DNA of 64,000 bases. Source: Tubulanus polymorphus (taxonomy: Eukaryota > Animalia > Nemertea). Shown here one piece after another: positions 24,910 through 36,899 of this stretch. The notes beneath the pieces are model-generated. The model saw only the letters and a program-made list of their open reading frames with translations. It did not search any database and was not told where the DNA came from. How positions within the stretch are numbered: the stretch's first letter is position 1; each line of letters opens with the position of its first letter. The DNA lies in contig NC_134029.1 of the NCBI RefSeq assembly GCF_964204645.1, positions 17,044,950 through 17,108,949 of the forward strand. The letters are read 5' to 3'. The position numbers and the translations under genes are program-made.

Positions 24910-25695
24910 TTAACCACTCAATAAAGATTCAACATATTGTTCATTATTTGGATTATTGTTCCATAATTCAATGAATTTCTTTACTTTTGTTAACTGTTCT
25001 AAATATAACTGTAAACCTAGTTTGTCATGTTTAATCATATTTTCCTTCTTTTCAAGAGGTCTCAGGTTTTTCCAATTCCAAATTAACTTTTTATCATATT
25101 CATCATTCATGTCAAATTTAGATATTGGTAACACATCATCAATATGAAAATAATTGCCATAATTATTTATATTCATTTTATCATCGAATTGATATATTAT
25201 CCATGATTTAAAAAATTTATCTGAACAATCCAATAAATGTGCTAGTGTAACTGAGTGGTTTTCTTTACTGAATAATTTTGATACTTTAGATCTTAAACAT
25301 TTTTTCAATTTGTAATTAAAATCTGTTTGATATCTTTCTTTCTTATAATTATTTTGATACGCTTTATAATATTCTCTATTATTATCGCTCCATTCTCTCA
25401 TATATTCTGTTATATAATCTGAGTGATTTTCTCTCCATTGTTTATTTCTAACTTTGAATTTTTCAATATTATCCATATAATATTGTGTTGAATAATTTGG
25501 ATTATTTTCAAGAAATTTGTTATTGTATAATTTAGTACAGCTTTTGCAATATGTTTGTTTGCCATCTTTTTTAGTTTTATTTTTTTGAAATTCTGTTAAT
25601 GATTTATTCAATTCACACTTATTACATTTCTTATAGCATATATTCATTACACCATTATTGTTTATATTTATAGCTTGTGATTGTTCCGGCTCCAT
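24910..25695 (-). CDS. HNH-like nuclease with N-terminal CxxC...CxxC; catalytic His altered
   Basis: FHIDDVLP (B has HIDHVLP) ... NWKNLRPLEKKENMIK. Confidence 0.75.
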   Translation of the reverse strand: MEPEQSQAININNNGVMNICYKKCNKCELNKSLTEFQKNKTKKDGKQTYCKSCTKLYNNKFLENNPNYSTQYYMDNIEKFKVRNKQWRENHSDYITEYMREWSDNNREYYKAYQNNYKKERYQTDFNYKLKKCLRSKVSKLFSKENHSVTLAHLLDCSDKFFKSWIIYQFDDKMNINNYGNYFHIDDVLPISKFDMNDEYDKKLIWNWKNLRPLEKKENMIKHDKLGLQLYLEQLTKVKKFIELWNNNPNNEQYVESLLSG

Positions 25696-25710
25696 TTATT
25701 ATACATATTT

Positions 25711-26769
25711 TTATTGAAATTGATTAACATATTTGGAGTTATGATATTTTGATTTAAGATGGTGTGATTTATTGCTTCGAGTATAATATTTTCCACAATT
25801 ACATAAAACGCTTTCATTAGGATTATATTTAGGCGCAACAATTTCATCATCTAAATTACATTGAATTCCAATATCTTTATAAGAATTATTATTATCTAAT
25901 TCACATTGAATACCAATATTTGATGAATTTTCATTATAGATAATTGGTTTATCATCAAAATTTAAATAATATAATTGTCTTTTTTCAATTCTTAAGTTAA
26001 TCAAATTATTGTAACCTCTAGAAAGTATTAAATCATCATTTCTTTCATTGAAAGGAGTTTCAAGAATATTTATAATTTTTTCATCTAAAGTTCCTTTATG
26101 ATTTAAAACTGTATTAAATATGTTAGGATTTTTGATTCCATTATCTATCAGTTCAATAATTAAATATGCTTCATTTGATAATATTTGATTGATTATAGAA
26201 ATATTATCAATTTTATATTGTCTTCCATACACTAAATTTGTTGCTGAGATAAAATTTTTAATGTTAAATAATGAAAATAAGTTATCATTATTCATATTTC
26301 TAATATGACTTTTAGATTTTAAATGTTCTTTATAAGGCTAAAAAAATTGATACCTTGTTTCTCCGCTCTGCTGAGCTTAAATGTTGACCCGGCCGGCCGC
26401 CTATCTACCCTATACATTACTTTTTTTTAAATCGTGATCAATTTTACCATAACACACCCGGCCGCAATAGAAATGAACTGTTTATAAATTTTATCATATT
26501 TTACAAAAATGACCCGGCCGCTGCGGAGAAACAAGGTATCATTTTTGTTTAGCCTACTATCTTTTATCACTGAATGATTGATTACATGTATCACATTTGT
26601 ATGTTTCTTTTTCATTCTTTAATTCATTTAATTTAGTTTCTAATATATCATCTTCATATTTTAACTTTAATTTATTCTCTAAATGTGTTTTAGTTTTATT
26701 GTGTCTTGATTTTTGGGATTTATCTATATTGATATTACATGTTGGGCAGTAGTACTTATTTGCTTCCAT
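25711..26769 (-). pseudogene. TIR-initiated multi-zinc-finger gene interrupted by a MITE
   Basis: Removing 26336-26557 joins MEANKYYCPTC...SFSDKR in frame via YYKEHLKSKSHIRN to MNNDNLF... (ORF 25711-26295), which ends in a further CxC...H..H finger. Confidence 0.75.
26336..26554. mobile_element. 219-bp MITE, PIF/Harbinger-like
   Basis: ~31-bp TIRs GGCTAAAAAAATTGATACCTTGTTTCTCCGC; flanks TAA/TAC; absent from the homologous polB 5' regions. Confidence 0.8.
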
Positions 26770-27002
26770 TTTAATATCAAATTTTTTGTTAAAATTGATT
26801 TTAGAAGTTCAATGATTTATATCATGTATTATTTCAATCACACTTTACTAACACTTTTAATGTTTAAAAATCTAACTCATACAAATATAAATATTGAAAT
26901 AATGTTTAAAATATATCTATATATCTATTCTTTAAGAGCTCACACTTTTATATTGAATAATCTATCAATTTAAATGTTATTCATGTATATGATTATTTTA
27001 AG

Positions 27003-27190
27003 AGGAATAGGGATAATAGGCTTTCATATCAAAGGTTGAAGGGGCGAGTGAGTAAAAAATGAAAATAATAATAATTTACAGTTGAATTAGGAGTGTGCGC
27101 GACTAATTCAACTGTAAATTATTATTATTTTCATTTTCTACTCACTCGACCCTTCGACCTTTGGTATGGAAGCCTATTATCCCTATTACT
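27003..27190. repeat. Terminal palindrome, element A right end
   Basis: Inverted copy of 7176-7363. Confidence 0.95.
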
Positions 27191-29955
27191 CAGATAGCTG
27201 ACACCCCAAACTTCAGCACAATATAACATGACAGGTGCAATAAGACTCGCAAAAAGTTTGTAGGCGATAGTAATATTGTTTCTAACATTGATAGACTTTA
27301 ATTTAAACATAGCCTTTTTTGCATGATCTAGAAGCCGTTGACAGGCATTTTTAAATTTACCAGAAGCAGAAAATAATATACCCAAGTAGCAATAGTTACG
27401 AACAATTTCAATCATCAAACCATCATAGTAAACAGTGTGATTATTAAGGAGTTTTTCTCCTTTATTAAAAATTACAATCTTGTTTTATTCAGGTTCACTG
27501 TTAGGCCCCATTTTCTACTGTAGGTGACTAGATTGTCTAGAGCCTTCTGAAGACCGGATGCTGACTTAGAGATAAGGACGAGATCATCAGCATATAATGA
27601 GCAAGATACAATATAATCATTAATAGAAACAGGGTCACAGCCATTAAAAGCCAAGGGTAAATCATGTAGAAATAGGTTAAAGAGGAGAGGGCTGAGGACA
27701 CAACCCTCTTTAACTCCAATTTTGGATGAAATATTATTGCTATACCCGTCCTTGGTTTTAACTACATACGACACTTGTGGATACATATTCTAATTAATAC
27801 ATAAGAACTTCCCCCCTATCCCAAGGTTTGAAAGTCTATATATTAGGGCTTTGCGGTGAACTGTATCAAACGCAGATTTAAAATCAACAAAGCAACAATA
27901 AATATGTGCCTTAGACAGTTTGTTGACAAATTTGTCAATGATGCATTTAAGTGTGAGTACGTGATCAGCAGTGCGTGATCTTTTTTGGTAACCTATCTGA
28001 TTCATCGGTACAAGGTTATGGTTACAAGCGAATCTATACAATCTATTATTCAAAACATTACAAAATAGTTACTGACTATGGCAATACCTCTGTAGTTTTG
28101 AGGATCAAGCTTACTACCGTTTTTGAAAACAGGGGAGATAATATTGCTTCTCCATAAATCAGGGTAGCATCCGCTAGATAAAGTTTTTGTTGAAAAGAAG
28201 TGAAGTATGGGCAGAAGAGGTAAATGACCAGCTTTGAGCATCTCATTTAGGGTCGTGTCCAAACCAGCCGATTAACCACATTTTAACCTAGAGATAGCTT
28301 CAGAAATTTCTGCCCTAGAGATTTTATAGTTCAATTCATTAAAGATCAGGTCCTTGTTTTCACAGATAAATTTATCAAAAGCGCTATCCTGTTCTAAAGA
28401 GAATAACTTATTAGAGGAAGAGTTCAGAAGATCAGAGAAGTGCTTGACCCACTTTTCACCCCAAATAGCGCTGGATACCGACTTGTTAGGACTACTTTTA
28501 TCGAGGTTTTTAAGCTTATCGAATAAAGCCCAAAAGTCCTTAGGTTTATTACAATATAAAGATTCCATTTGAGAGAGGATATTATTTCTAAAAAGACTTC
28601 GCTTTCTGTTGAGGAGAGATTTGTATTTTTTCCTCCTGCCTCGATAATGATTAAGTAAGTTATGATCAAAGGGTTTTTATGAATAGCAAGACACAGTCGT
28701 TCAAGGTCTCTTTTGCAGGACTTGCATTCATCGTCAAACCAATTTTTTCCTTGAGAGAAAGTTGATTGACTGGACTTGCTGTTAACAGTTTTAGAATTTT
28801 TAGAATCCTTGTGAAATATGATCTCTTCTGTTTGATTTTAGCAATTTTAGCAGCTTTTAACATTATGTTATTGAAACATTATCATTGACAGTCATATCAT
28901 TAGAGTTATGAATACACTTTTGGATCAGGTCAGTACACACAGGTGAGGTTAGCGCATGCATAAAATTGTTATCATCGAAATCCTTTCTCCATAGAAAAGC
29001 TCTTGGTGAATTTTTTGCATTAGGGCAATTGGTAGGTAGCCTATAGAGGAGATGCTATGCATTGGTCTATAATCAATACTAATTACAGTTGATAAAATAC
29101 AATGAATAGAATATATATTGGGATTATTAACATGAAATAATTCTACACTATCAAACAGGGCAAGAGAGGCTAATGAATAATCAATGGTGCTAGGAGTGCC
29201 TGAATGGCTGAAGCATGTGTGGTTACCAGAAATATCACCAAAACATCTTCCATTAAGCCGGATAGGTGCTACCTGAGCTCGGATGATATACACAGATCAA
29301 GGAGTTGTCTCCCGTGTTTGTCGACGTCGTGTAAGTCCGCGTTACAACGGGGGAGGGCCACATCACCAAGACAGGAAACAGATTTATAGATGTCGGCATT
29401 GGAAGATATGTCCTTTACACAATAGTCAGGCTCAGTAGAAGTTTTTACATTGAAGTCACCCAATAATGGACATTCCCCTGAGCGTGAAAACTCAGCAATA
29501 TCACTTTCCAGGGTCTCAAATAGGTCGGGCTGATTTTCACTAACTACTGAGCTAACTGGACAAACGTAAACAATGCAAACATAGACATCTGTTTTAAGAC
29601 CGAAAAAAGTCTTATTTAGTTTGACCCATAATAGTTCACTAGAAGCAGTTTGTATCAAACTAACACCTCTCCCGAATTCATTCTTAAAAAAAAGAGCAAT
29701 ACCACCATAATTACGTTTGGCTTTTATAAATCGCGGACATATTTTACAGTAAGAATGGAAACCTTGGAGATCAAGAGTGTCTTCGGGAGAGCAATGTGTT
29801 TCTACAAGGCCGAAGAAGTCAAATCTAGATAAGGAACTCCTGACATCCGGATAACATAGTTTACTAGTTCTCTCCCCCGCCACTTTAGAGTGGGCACCAT
29901 CAATATTCCAAAAGTCAAAGCTTAACTTATTTTTGTGGAAGTACAAATTGTTCAT
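27191..29955 (-). pseudogene. LINE ORF2: APE endonuclease plus reverse transcriptase, many frameshifts
   Basis: FWNIDG, GLVETH, LLGDFN, TIDY; NYRGIAI, FVDFKSAFDTV, GVKEGCVLSPLLFNLF, LYADD, YLG. Confidence 0.92.
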
Positions 29956-30217
29956 GGTAGCACCTATAAATGAGACAAAATTATGGAAATAAAGAACACA
30001 AATATATACATATATAGGAGTAATAACATAGCAGGCGTGGACAAAAGAAAATTGAGACTAGAAGTAAATTTTACGTCTAAGTACAAAGAAAATGTGTAAC
30101 CTTACAGATGAATGTACATAAATGCAATGCACACAGGCATGCACAAGTTATACATAGCTACATACATGTACATACAAAGATTGACATTGTCGGTTCAACT
30201 ACAGTTTACAATAATAT

Positions 30218-30912
30218 CTAAACAGACGTGATGAGTTTGACGAGTCTGCTGAATTTGTCGAAAAACTGGTCGGATTCGTATTGACGACTGAAGCCGCTTC
30301 TAACGACAGACGATCTGTGCGGGTTTCTCTGGCCGGAACCGTGGTAGCGATTAAAACCGTTCCTAAAGTCAGACGAATTGTGCTGTTGACGATTAAAGCC
30401 GCTTCCGACAAACGAATTTTGCGAATTTCTCTGGCCGTATTTGTGTTGACGATCAATGCCGCTTCCAAAGTCAGACGAATTGAGCGGAGATGAATTGTGG
30501 GGATTTCTCAACTGACTGTTCACAGAGTTTGGTGTTGTAGAGGTAAATGCCAGTAACCCGGAAAGCGCATTGCGGTACATATCGACAAGTAGGACGTTCC
30601 CTTTACGGTTAAGGTGGACGCCATCCCGATTGAAGTATTGTGGAGTAACTACGCTAAGTTCTTGCGGTGAATTCATAGTAGTGCACTCGAGACTATGCAG
30701 ATAGTCATGGAATGTGTCGCATATGGTTGAATAGGCAGACGCCTGCTCAGACGATGAAATTGATCGAGGTAATGCTTTCACAACAAATAACTTTGCACAC
30801 GGAAATTTGGTGATACATAACGAAAGCAATTTCTCGAACTGAGATTGGCAGCTTTCAACGTCCAGTTCGGCTAACGAATTATCGATAACTTGTAGGAATA
30901 CCGTGTGAATGT
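30218..30912 (-). pseudogene. LINE ORF1 C-terminal part: SGNH esterase-like domain plus short repeats
   Basis: DGVHLNRKG motif; frame continues from ...ANRNIH at 50468 into TVFLQVIDNS... Confidence 0.8.
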
Positions 30913-30983
30913 ACCCCTGTGAAGCTGGCTCCCGGTTCCCGGTTCCTTATTCAGCTCCCGATTCAAAATGCTTTTGAACCGGG

Positions 30984-31171
30984 AGTAATAGGGATAATAG
31001 GCTTTCATACCAAAGGTCGAAGGGTCGAGCTCGTAAAAAAAATGAAAATAATAATTTACAGTTGAATTAGTCGCGCACACTCCTAATTCAACTGTAAATT
31101 ATTATTATTTTCATTTTTTTACTCACTCGCCCCTTCAACCTTTGATACGAAAGCCTATTATCCCTATTACT
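30984..31171. repeat. Terminal palindrome, element B left end
   Basis: Same loop TCGCGCACACTC and same three arm mismatches as in A, plus B-specific ones. Confidence 0.95.
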
Positions 31172-31251
31172 CTTAAAATATTCACATAAATGAATAACAT
31201 TTAAATCATTGAACTTCTAAAATCAATTTTAATAAAAAATATAGTATTAAA

Positions 31252-31512
31252 ATGGAAGCAAATAAATACTACTGCCCAACATGTAATATCGATATAGATA
31301 AATCCCAAAAAGCAAGACACAATAAAACTATAACACATTTAGAGAATAAATTGAAATTAGAGTATTCAGAACAGTTAACAAAAGGAAAGAAATTTATTGA
31401 ATTATGGAATAATGATCCAAATAATGAACAATACGTTGAGGATACAATGTTTATACTAGAACATGATTCTATTTTAGCCTATATACATTCAATGTACAGA
31501 GCTATAGAATAA
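31252..31512 (+). pseudogene. Chimeric ORF: TIR zinc finger fused to the tail of an HNH gene
   Basis: MEANKYYCPTC...KLKLEY then SEQLTKGKKFIELWNNDPNNEQYVE, matching the end of 24910-25695. Confidence 0.75.
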
Positions 31513-32009
31513 ATCGATAAATTCACAGCTGTTACAGTTGTTACTATAACGACGAGATATTATGATTCATAATATTACAAATTGTGCTGGAACTCTGAAT
31601 AGAGATGACGCATCATAATTAGAAACGTGTAGAATATTCTAGAACCGGAACTAGATGGCGTGGTATAATCAACGACGTGTCATTCTAGAAAGGCGTGCCG
31701 GAACTAGATGACGGGATATACGCTGTAATATTGTGCTCAGGATATTCTATCTTTCGAAACGAAATTAGGAGTTTATAGTTTACAATTATAAATCTAAATG
31801 TAAGTACTGTTTTTTGTAGTTATTGGGGCTATTAAATATGAAACCTTTAAGTGCTTTTGACAACTGCAACTTCATACAGTTAATTCTATTTTACGTTAGA
31901 TAGATAATAACTTGAACTATAATAAATTATAATAATTAGAAACGATAGACTTGAAAATATTTATATCATATAATATCACGGTTCCTGTTCTACCGCTGAT
32001 ATCTTTTAG

Positions 32010-32753
32010 TTGAATAAAATGTCGTGTGAATCAAGAAGTACTCTTGATTCTCAGAGGACAACCGAAATGGAAGATGAACCAACCGAAATGGAAGATGAAC
32101 CAACCGAAATGGGTGTTGAAGTAAAAGAATCTTTCGATATAGAAGATGAAACGTTAGAAGAAGTTAAAAAACATTTATATTACCATCAAGAAATGACATT
32201 AATTTTAGAAAAAATTATAGAAAACCAACAATCAAGTGTAACATCATTACCGAAAAGACCAACAACCAATGTAGAAATATTGTTAAGACTAAAAGGAAAA
32301 GGAACAAAAACTAAAAAGAAAATGAGTGGAAATGAGTTAAATAAGTTTTTAAAATCAAAATTATCAAATGAAAAAGATGTAAGTTTTAAAGAAATAGAAG
32401 TTATAACATCATTTAATGAAATAACTGTTTTATTGAAAAAAAATTATAGAACCTTGTTATTCAAAAAAGCAAAGCATTTATGGGATTATATCATTTTCGG
32501 GGATTGTTTAAATAGGGGATTTTTAATGTTTAATAAACAAACTGCGGGGATTTCTTGGACTTCTTGGGTTAAAAAATATATAGGTATTAGTGCTGGGCAT
32601 GAAAGAAAATTAAGGAGCGTAGGGAGATTAATTACATATAAAAGATTCAAATTATTAAGTTTGTCATTTAGTGAAGTAATCAGATATATGCCAGAAATTG
32701 AAAAAATGCTTGTCAATGATCCAGAAATTGAAAAGTTCTGGTTGGAATTATAA
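32010..32753 (+). CDS. B-specific hypothetical protein (likely ATG at 32019)
   Basis: 247-codon ORF; TEMEDEP repeats; helical C-terminal domain with WTSWVKKYIGIS. Confidence 0.7.
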   Translation: MNKMSCESRSTLDSQRTTEMEDEPTEMEDEPTEMGVEVKESFDIEDETLEEVKKHLYYHQEMTLILEKIIENQQSSVTSLPKRPTTNVEILLRLKGKGTKTKKKMSGNELNKFLKSKLSNEKDVSFKEIEVITSFNEITVLLKKNYRTLLFKKAKHLWDYIIFGDCLNRGFLMFNKQTAGISWTSWVKKYIGISAGHERKLRSVGRLITYKRFKLLSLSFSEVIRYMPEIEKMLVNDPEIEKFWLEL

Positions 32754-32821
32754 ATCAAATTATGTACAACGACTGAACAACTTGTATAATGTATTGTGTA
32801 AATCTGTTTGGTGAATTTTTA

Positions 32822-33038
32822 TGTTCGGTCGTTTCTATTTCTAGAATGAATATATAATTATGATTAGCGCATGCGCATTGATCAAAAGCGCGCACGAATG
32901 CGTGGTTTTACCTAATGTGAACACGTTTTGATATTTTCTGTGTTCGGTCGTTTCTATTTTACAGAATTTATAGAATGAATATATAATTATGATTAACGCA
33001 TGCGCATTAAGCAAAAGCGCGCATGAATGCGCGGTTTT
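32822..33038 (+). repeat. ~120-bp imperfect tandem duplication with CGCATGCGCA motifs
   Basis: TGTTCGGTCGTTTCTATTT...CGCATGCGCATT...AAAAGCGCGCA occurs twice. Confidence 0.8.
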
Positions 33039-33178
33039 GCCCAGTGGTATTATTTAGATATCAAGGAATCGAAACAACTTATCAAAAGCAGCGAGGAATG
33101 AAAAAGGATGACGTTAGTCGGAGAAATGGAAGAGGATTCTAAAATATTAACCAATTTAGTAAAAAATACGTATAATAA

Positions 33179-33844
33179 ATGGAACCAGAACAACCACAAA
33201 CTATCAATATTACAAATAACACTGGTGTTATAAATATATATTACAAGAAATGTTCTAAATGTGAATTAGATAAATTAGCTTTAACAGAATTTAGTAAGCG
33301 TAAGATTAGCAAAGATGGTTTTCAATATTGTTGTAAAACTTGTTTTAAACTATATACCAAACAATACCGAGAAGATAATAGAGAATCTTATAATGATTAT
33401 ATGACAGAATATATGAGAGAAAGATATCAAACAGATCTTAATTTTAGATTGAAACAATGTTTACGGTCTAGATTAACACAATTATTCAACAAAGAAACAC
33501 ATTCAGAAACACTATCTAATTTATTGGGTTGTTCAGATGAATTTCTCAAATCATGGATAATATTTCAATTCGATGATAAAATGAATATAGATAATTATGG
33601 GGATTATTACCATATTGATCACGTGTTACCAATATCTAAATTTAACATGAATGATGAATACAATAAAAAACTTATTTGGAATTGGAAAAATTTAAGACCT
33701 TTAGAAAAGAAAGAAAATCAAATCAAATCTAATAAAATAGATTTACAGTTATATTTGAATCAACTGGAAAAAGTAAAAAAATTTATTGAATTATGGAATT
33801 CAACACATAATGAACAATACGTTGAGTCTTTAATGAGTGGTTAA
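33179..33844 (+). CDS. HNH-like endonuclease
   Basis: CSKC...CKTC; YHIDHVLP...NWKNLRPLEKKENQIKSNK. Confidence 0.8.
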   Translation: MEPEQPQTINITNNTGVINIYYKKCSKCELDKLALTEFSKRKISKDGFQYCCKTCFKLYTKQYREDNRESYNDYMTEYMRERYQTDLNFRLKQCLRSRLTQLFNKETHSETLSNLLGCSDEFLKSWIIFQFDDKMNIDNYGDYYHIDHVLPISKFNMNDEYNKKLIWNWKNLRPLEKKENQIKSNKIDLQLYLNQLEKVKKFIELWNSTHNEQYVESLMSG

Positions 33845-34091
33845 AGAATAATAGATTTTAAATAAAAAGTATTTAAAAAACAATAACTTCAACTAGCTAG
33901 CGAATTCTATTATATTTTTAATATTTTCTTTTCAAAAAGAGAATACTTTATATTTTGAATAGATCCGAATAGAAATTCTTTAAATTCAAATAGCTAGTAT
34001 CAGTAGTCAATACTAGAATTCTTTAGCTTTAACTATCTAGTATCATTTGAAGAATACTTATAATATTTTTTTTGTTTTTTTTCTAATATAA

Positions 34092-34694
34092 ATGTCAAAG
34101 AAATCTAATAAGAATAGTATTGATATTGAAAAAACATTAGATGATTTGGGTATTAGTGATAATAAAGATACAGTTGTTTCTAATTCTATTCAAGTTAATA
34201 ACAATATAGATTATGAATACTATTTATATTGTAAGCATCATCTTGAATTATTAATTGCTGGCGGGAAATCTAAGGAGTTTTTAAATAGAATCATTACTTT
34301 TCAAGAACTAGATGCTATGAAACCCGATCAAGTAATAAAATATTTTAAGATTTATGAAGAGTCAAGATTAGCTAGAATAAATGATTCTATTTCTAATGGT
34401 ATTGTCAAATGTTATTCAAAATTATGTAACCAGTTAATACCAATTGATGATGAAAATAAATTATATAATGATTTGAAAAATGACTATTTAGTTATGACTG
34501 AATTACAAAAATGGGTTGGATATGCTTCATTTCAATTAGGATCGGTTATGACATTGATTTCTACTGGAGTTATAACATTTTCGAATATCAAGCCTATGGA
34601 ATATAAATCAGGTAAGAACGAAACAGATGTACTACAACAAAACGTTGAAACAGAAAATGAATCAGAACAAAAATTAACTAAAATAAATGAGTGA
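34092..34694 (+). CDS. Conserved Polinton hypothetical protein, 200 aa
   Basis: Open in both elements. Confidence 0.8.
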   Translation: MSKKSNKNSIDIEKTLDDLGISDNKDTVVSNSIQVNNNIDYEYYLYCKHHLELLIAGGKSKEFLNRIITFQELDAMKPDQVIKYFKIYEESRLARINDSISNGIVKCYSKLCNQLIPIDDENKLYNDLKNDYLVMTELQKWVGYASFQLGSVMTLISTGVITFSNIKPMEYKSGKNETDVLQQNVETENESEQKLTKINE

Positions 34695-35046
34695 TGGAGT
34701 TAAGAAAAAGGCTAGATCAGAGAAACAAATTAAATGGGCAAGAGAATTAGGTAAAAGATCATCAGAATTAAAAAAAGCTAAGAAAAAGAAATTAACTGAT
34801 ATAAATGAATCTGATATTGATTCAAATAATAATCCATCTAATTCTTCTAATGCTGGAAGTAATTATAAATTATATATTACAATTGGATTAGTAACAGTTA
34901 TTATATTATCCGGTGTAATATATAAATCAAAATTCAAATCTGATGATAAAGATGATTCCAATGACAATCGGAAACATATTATACCAGAAAATAAGTCAAA
35001 TCATAAAGTCATTGAAAATAAATCTAAAATATTATTAATGGATTAA
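34687..35046 (+). CDS. Basic single-TM protein, 119 aa
   Basis: Homolog of A 23678-24043. Confidence 0.75.
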   Translation: MSDGVKKKARSEKQIKWARELGKRSSELKKAKKKKLTDINESDIDSNNNPSNSSNAGSNYKLYITIGLVTVIILSGVIYKSKFKSDDKDDSNDNRKHIIPENKSNHKVIENKSKILLMD

Positions 35047-35049
35047 AAT

Positions 35050-36150
35050 ATGATGAAAAAAGAACAATATTTAAGAGAGTTATATTATAACCCAGAAAGT
35101 GAAGTATCATATTCTAACGTTTCAGAATTATGGAATAAAATTAAATCTGATAATAGTGATATAAAATATAGTGAATTAAAATCATGGTTACAAAATCAAC
35201 CCACATATCAAATTCATAAAAAGATGGATAAAAAATATTTAACAAGAAAAGTTATGGTTTCATATATTGACCAACAATGGCAAGCTGATTTAATTGACAT
35301 GAAAAACTTAGAAGAATACAATAAAGGATATTTTTGGATACTAAATGTTATAGACATATTCAGTCGATACGCATGGAGTATCCCGATTAAAAATAAAACC
35401 GGTATAGAAGTTACAAATTCTTTCAAATTAATATTTTAAGAAGCTATCCCAGATAAAATACAATTTGATGAAGGTAAAGAATTTTATAACAAACATTTTA
35501 AAAAACTATTAACTGATAACGATGTAGAATATTTTTCAACACATTCAGATAAAAAAGCATCCGTTATAGAAAGATTTAATAAAACATTGAAAACTAGAAT
35601 GTGGAAATATTTTACTGCTAATGAAACATATAAATATATCGGTGAGTCTATAAATATGTTAGATGATTTAGTTAAAGGTTATAATAATTCTAAACATAGT
35701 TCTATAAATATGAAACCTATACAAGCTAGAAAAGAAGATAATTCGGAAATAGTTTGGAATAATTTATATGGCGCATTTGTTACACATGATTTTGGAGAAC
35801 CTAAATTTAAAATAGGACAACATGTTAGAATTTCTAAATATAGAAAAACATTTTATAAAGGTTATACACCTAATTTTACTGAAGAAATATTTAAAATTAA
35901 AAAGATAATATTAACTAAACCATTTGTTTATAAATTGTTTGATTTAAAAGATGAAGAAATATTAGGTTATTTTTATGAACAAGAATTATCATTAGTACCA
36001 AATCCAGATGAAATAGAATACAAAATAGAAAAGGTATTGAAAACAAAAACTCTTAAAGGAAAAAAGTATTCTTTGGTGAAATATAAAGGATATGATGATA
36101 AATTTAATGAATGGATTTTATCTAGTAAAATTAAAAGAATAAATGAATAA
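35050..36150 (+). pseudogene. Integrase-chromodomain gene with a single in-frame TAA
   Basis: TAA at 35437-35439 where A has AAA; downstream sequence stays in frame. Confidence 0.93.
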
Positions 36151-36754
36151 AGATTTATTTATATTTGAACCACATAATATGTTAGTTACTGGAGTTACAA
36201 ATTGTGGTAAAACACACTTCATATTATATTTATTAGAAACTATTTATAAAAATCATTTTGATAATATAATATTATTCTGTCCTACTTATGAAATGAATGA
36301 AACATATAATAGAGATATAGTTAAGATAAAAAAGTTTATTATATTAGATCCTAAAACAGTAAAAGAAAATTTAGATAATTGTATTAAAATTGCATTAGAT
36401 ATTTATAAAGGATCAAATACATTATTCATTATAGATGATTGCGCAAATTTACATGATTCAAAAGTTAGAGAAAGTGAGTTATGTTATTTAGCTTTCTCTG
36501 GTAGACATTTTGGGATAACAACATGGGTTTTAAATCAGAAATATAATTCAATTGTGAAAGATTTTAGAGAGAATATAAGATTTCTAGTTTTATTCTACAA
36601 CAAAGATAGAAAATCTATGCAACAATCATTGGAAGAAAATCAAATTATACCTACTGAATTACATGATGAATATATGAATAAATTAAAAAATAATAAAGGT
36701 TCCAAATTACTTATGAGATTACAATTTCCATATGAATATAAATTTATAAAATAA
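36143..36754 (+). CDS. A32/FtsK-like genome packaging ATPase
   Basis: GVTNCGKT, IIDD, SGRHFG, NQKY. Confidence 0.92.
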   Translation: MNKDLFIFEPHNMLVTGVTNCGKTHFILYLLETIYKNHFDNIILFCPTYEMNETYNRDIVKIKKFIILDPKTVKENLDNCIKIALDIYKGSNTLFIIDDCANLHDSKVRESELCYLAFSGRHFGITTWVLNQKYNSIVKDFRENIRFLVLFYNKDRKSMQQSLEENQIIPTELHDEYMNKLKNNKGSKLLMRLQFPYEYKFIK

Positions 36755-36899
36755 CTATTTGTTTACCTATGTATTAGATACCCTAATACCTGTTACCCCT
36801 AATACCTGATACCCCTAATACCTGATACCCTATTAGATACCTTAAATAATTTAAACCCTTTTTTTATTTACTATTATTTTATACAATTTTTAACCTTTA

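Larger units (their letters stand above)
7176..27190 (+). mobile_element. Polinton/Maverick (adintovirus-like) provirus A, decayed
   Basis: AGT...ACT termini, long TIRs, 6-bp TSD CAGATA (7170-7175, 27191-27196); pPolB, capsid, ATPase and integrase genes. Confidence 0.97.

Noticed and set aside
27061-27130. Parvovirus/poxvirus-style flip-flop terminal isomers
   Set aside because: All four ends have the same loop orientation relative to the terminus
35437-35439. Programmed read-through, alternative genetic code or intron rescue of the B integrase stop
   Set aside because: A has AAA here and TAA is the normal stop in most other genes; a simple nonsense mutation suffices
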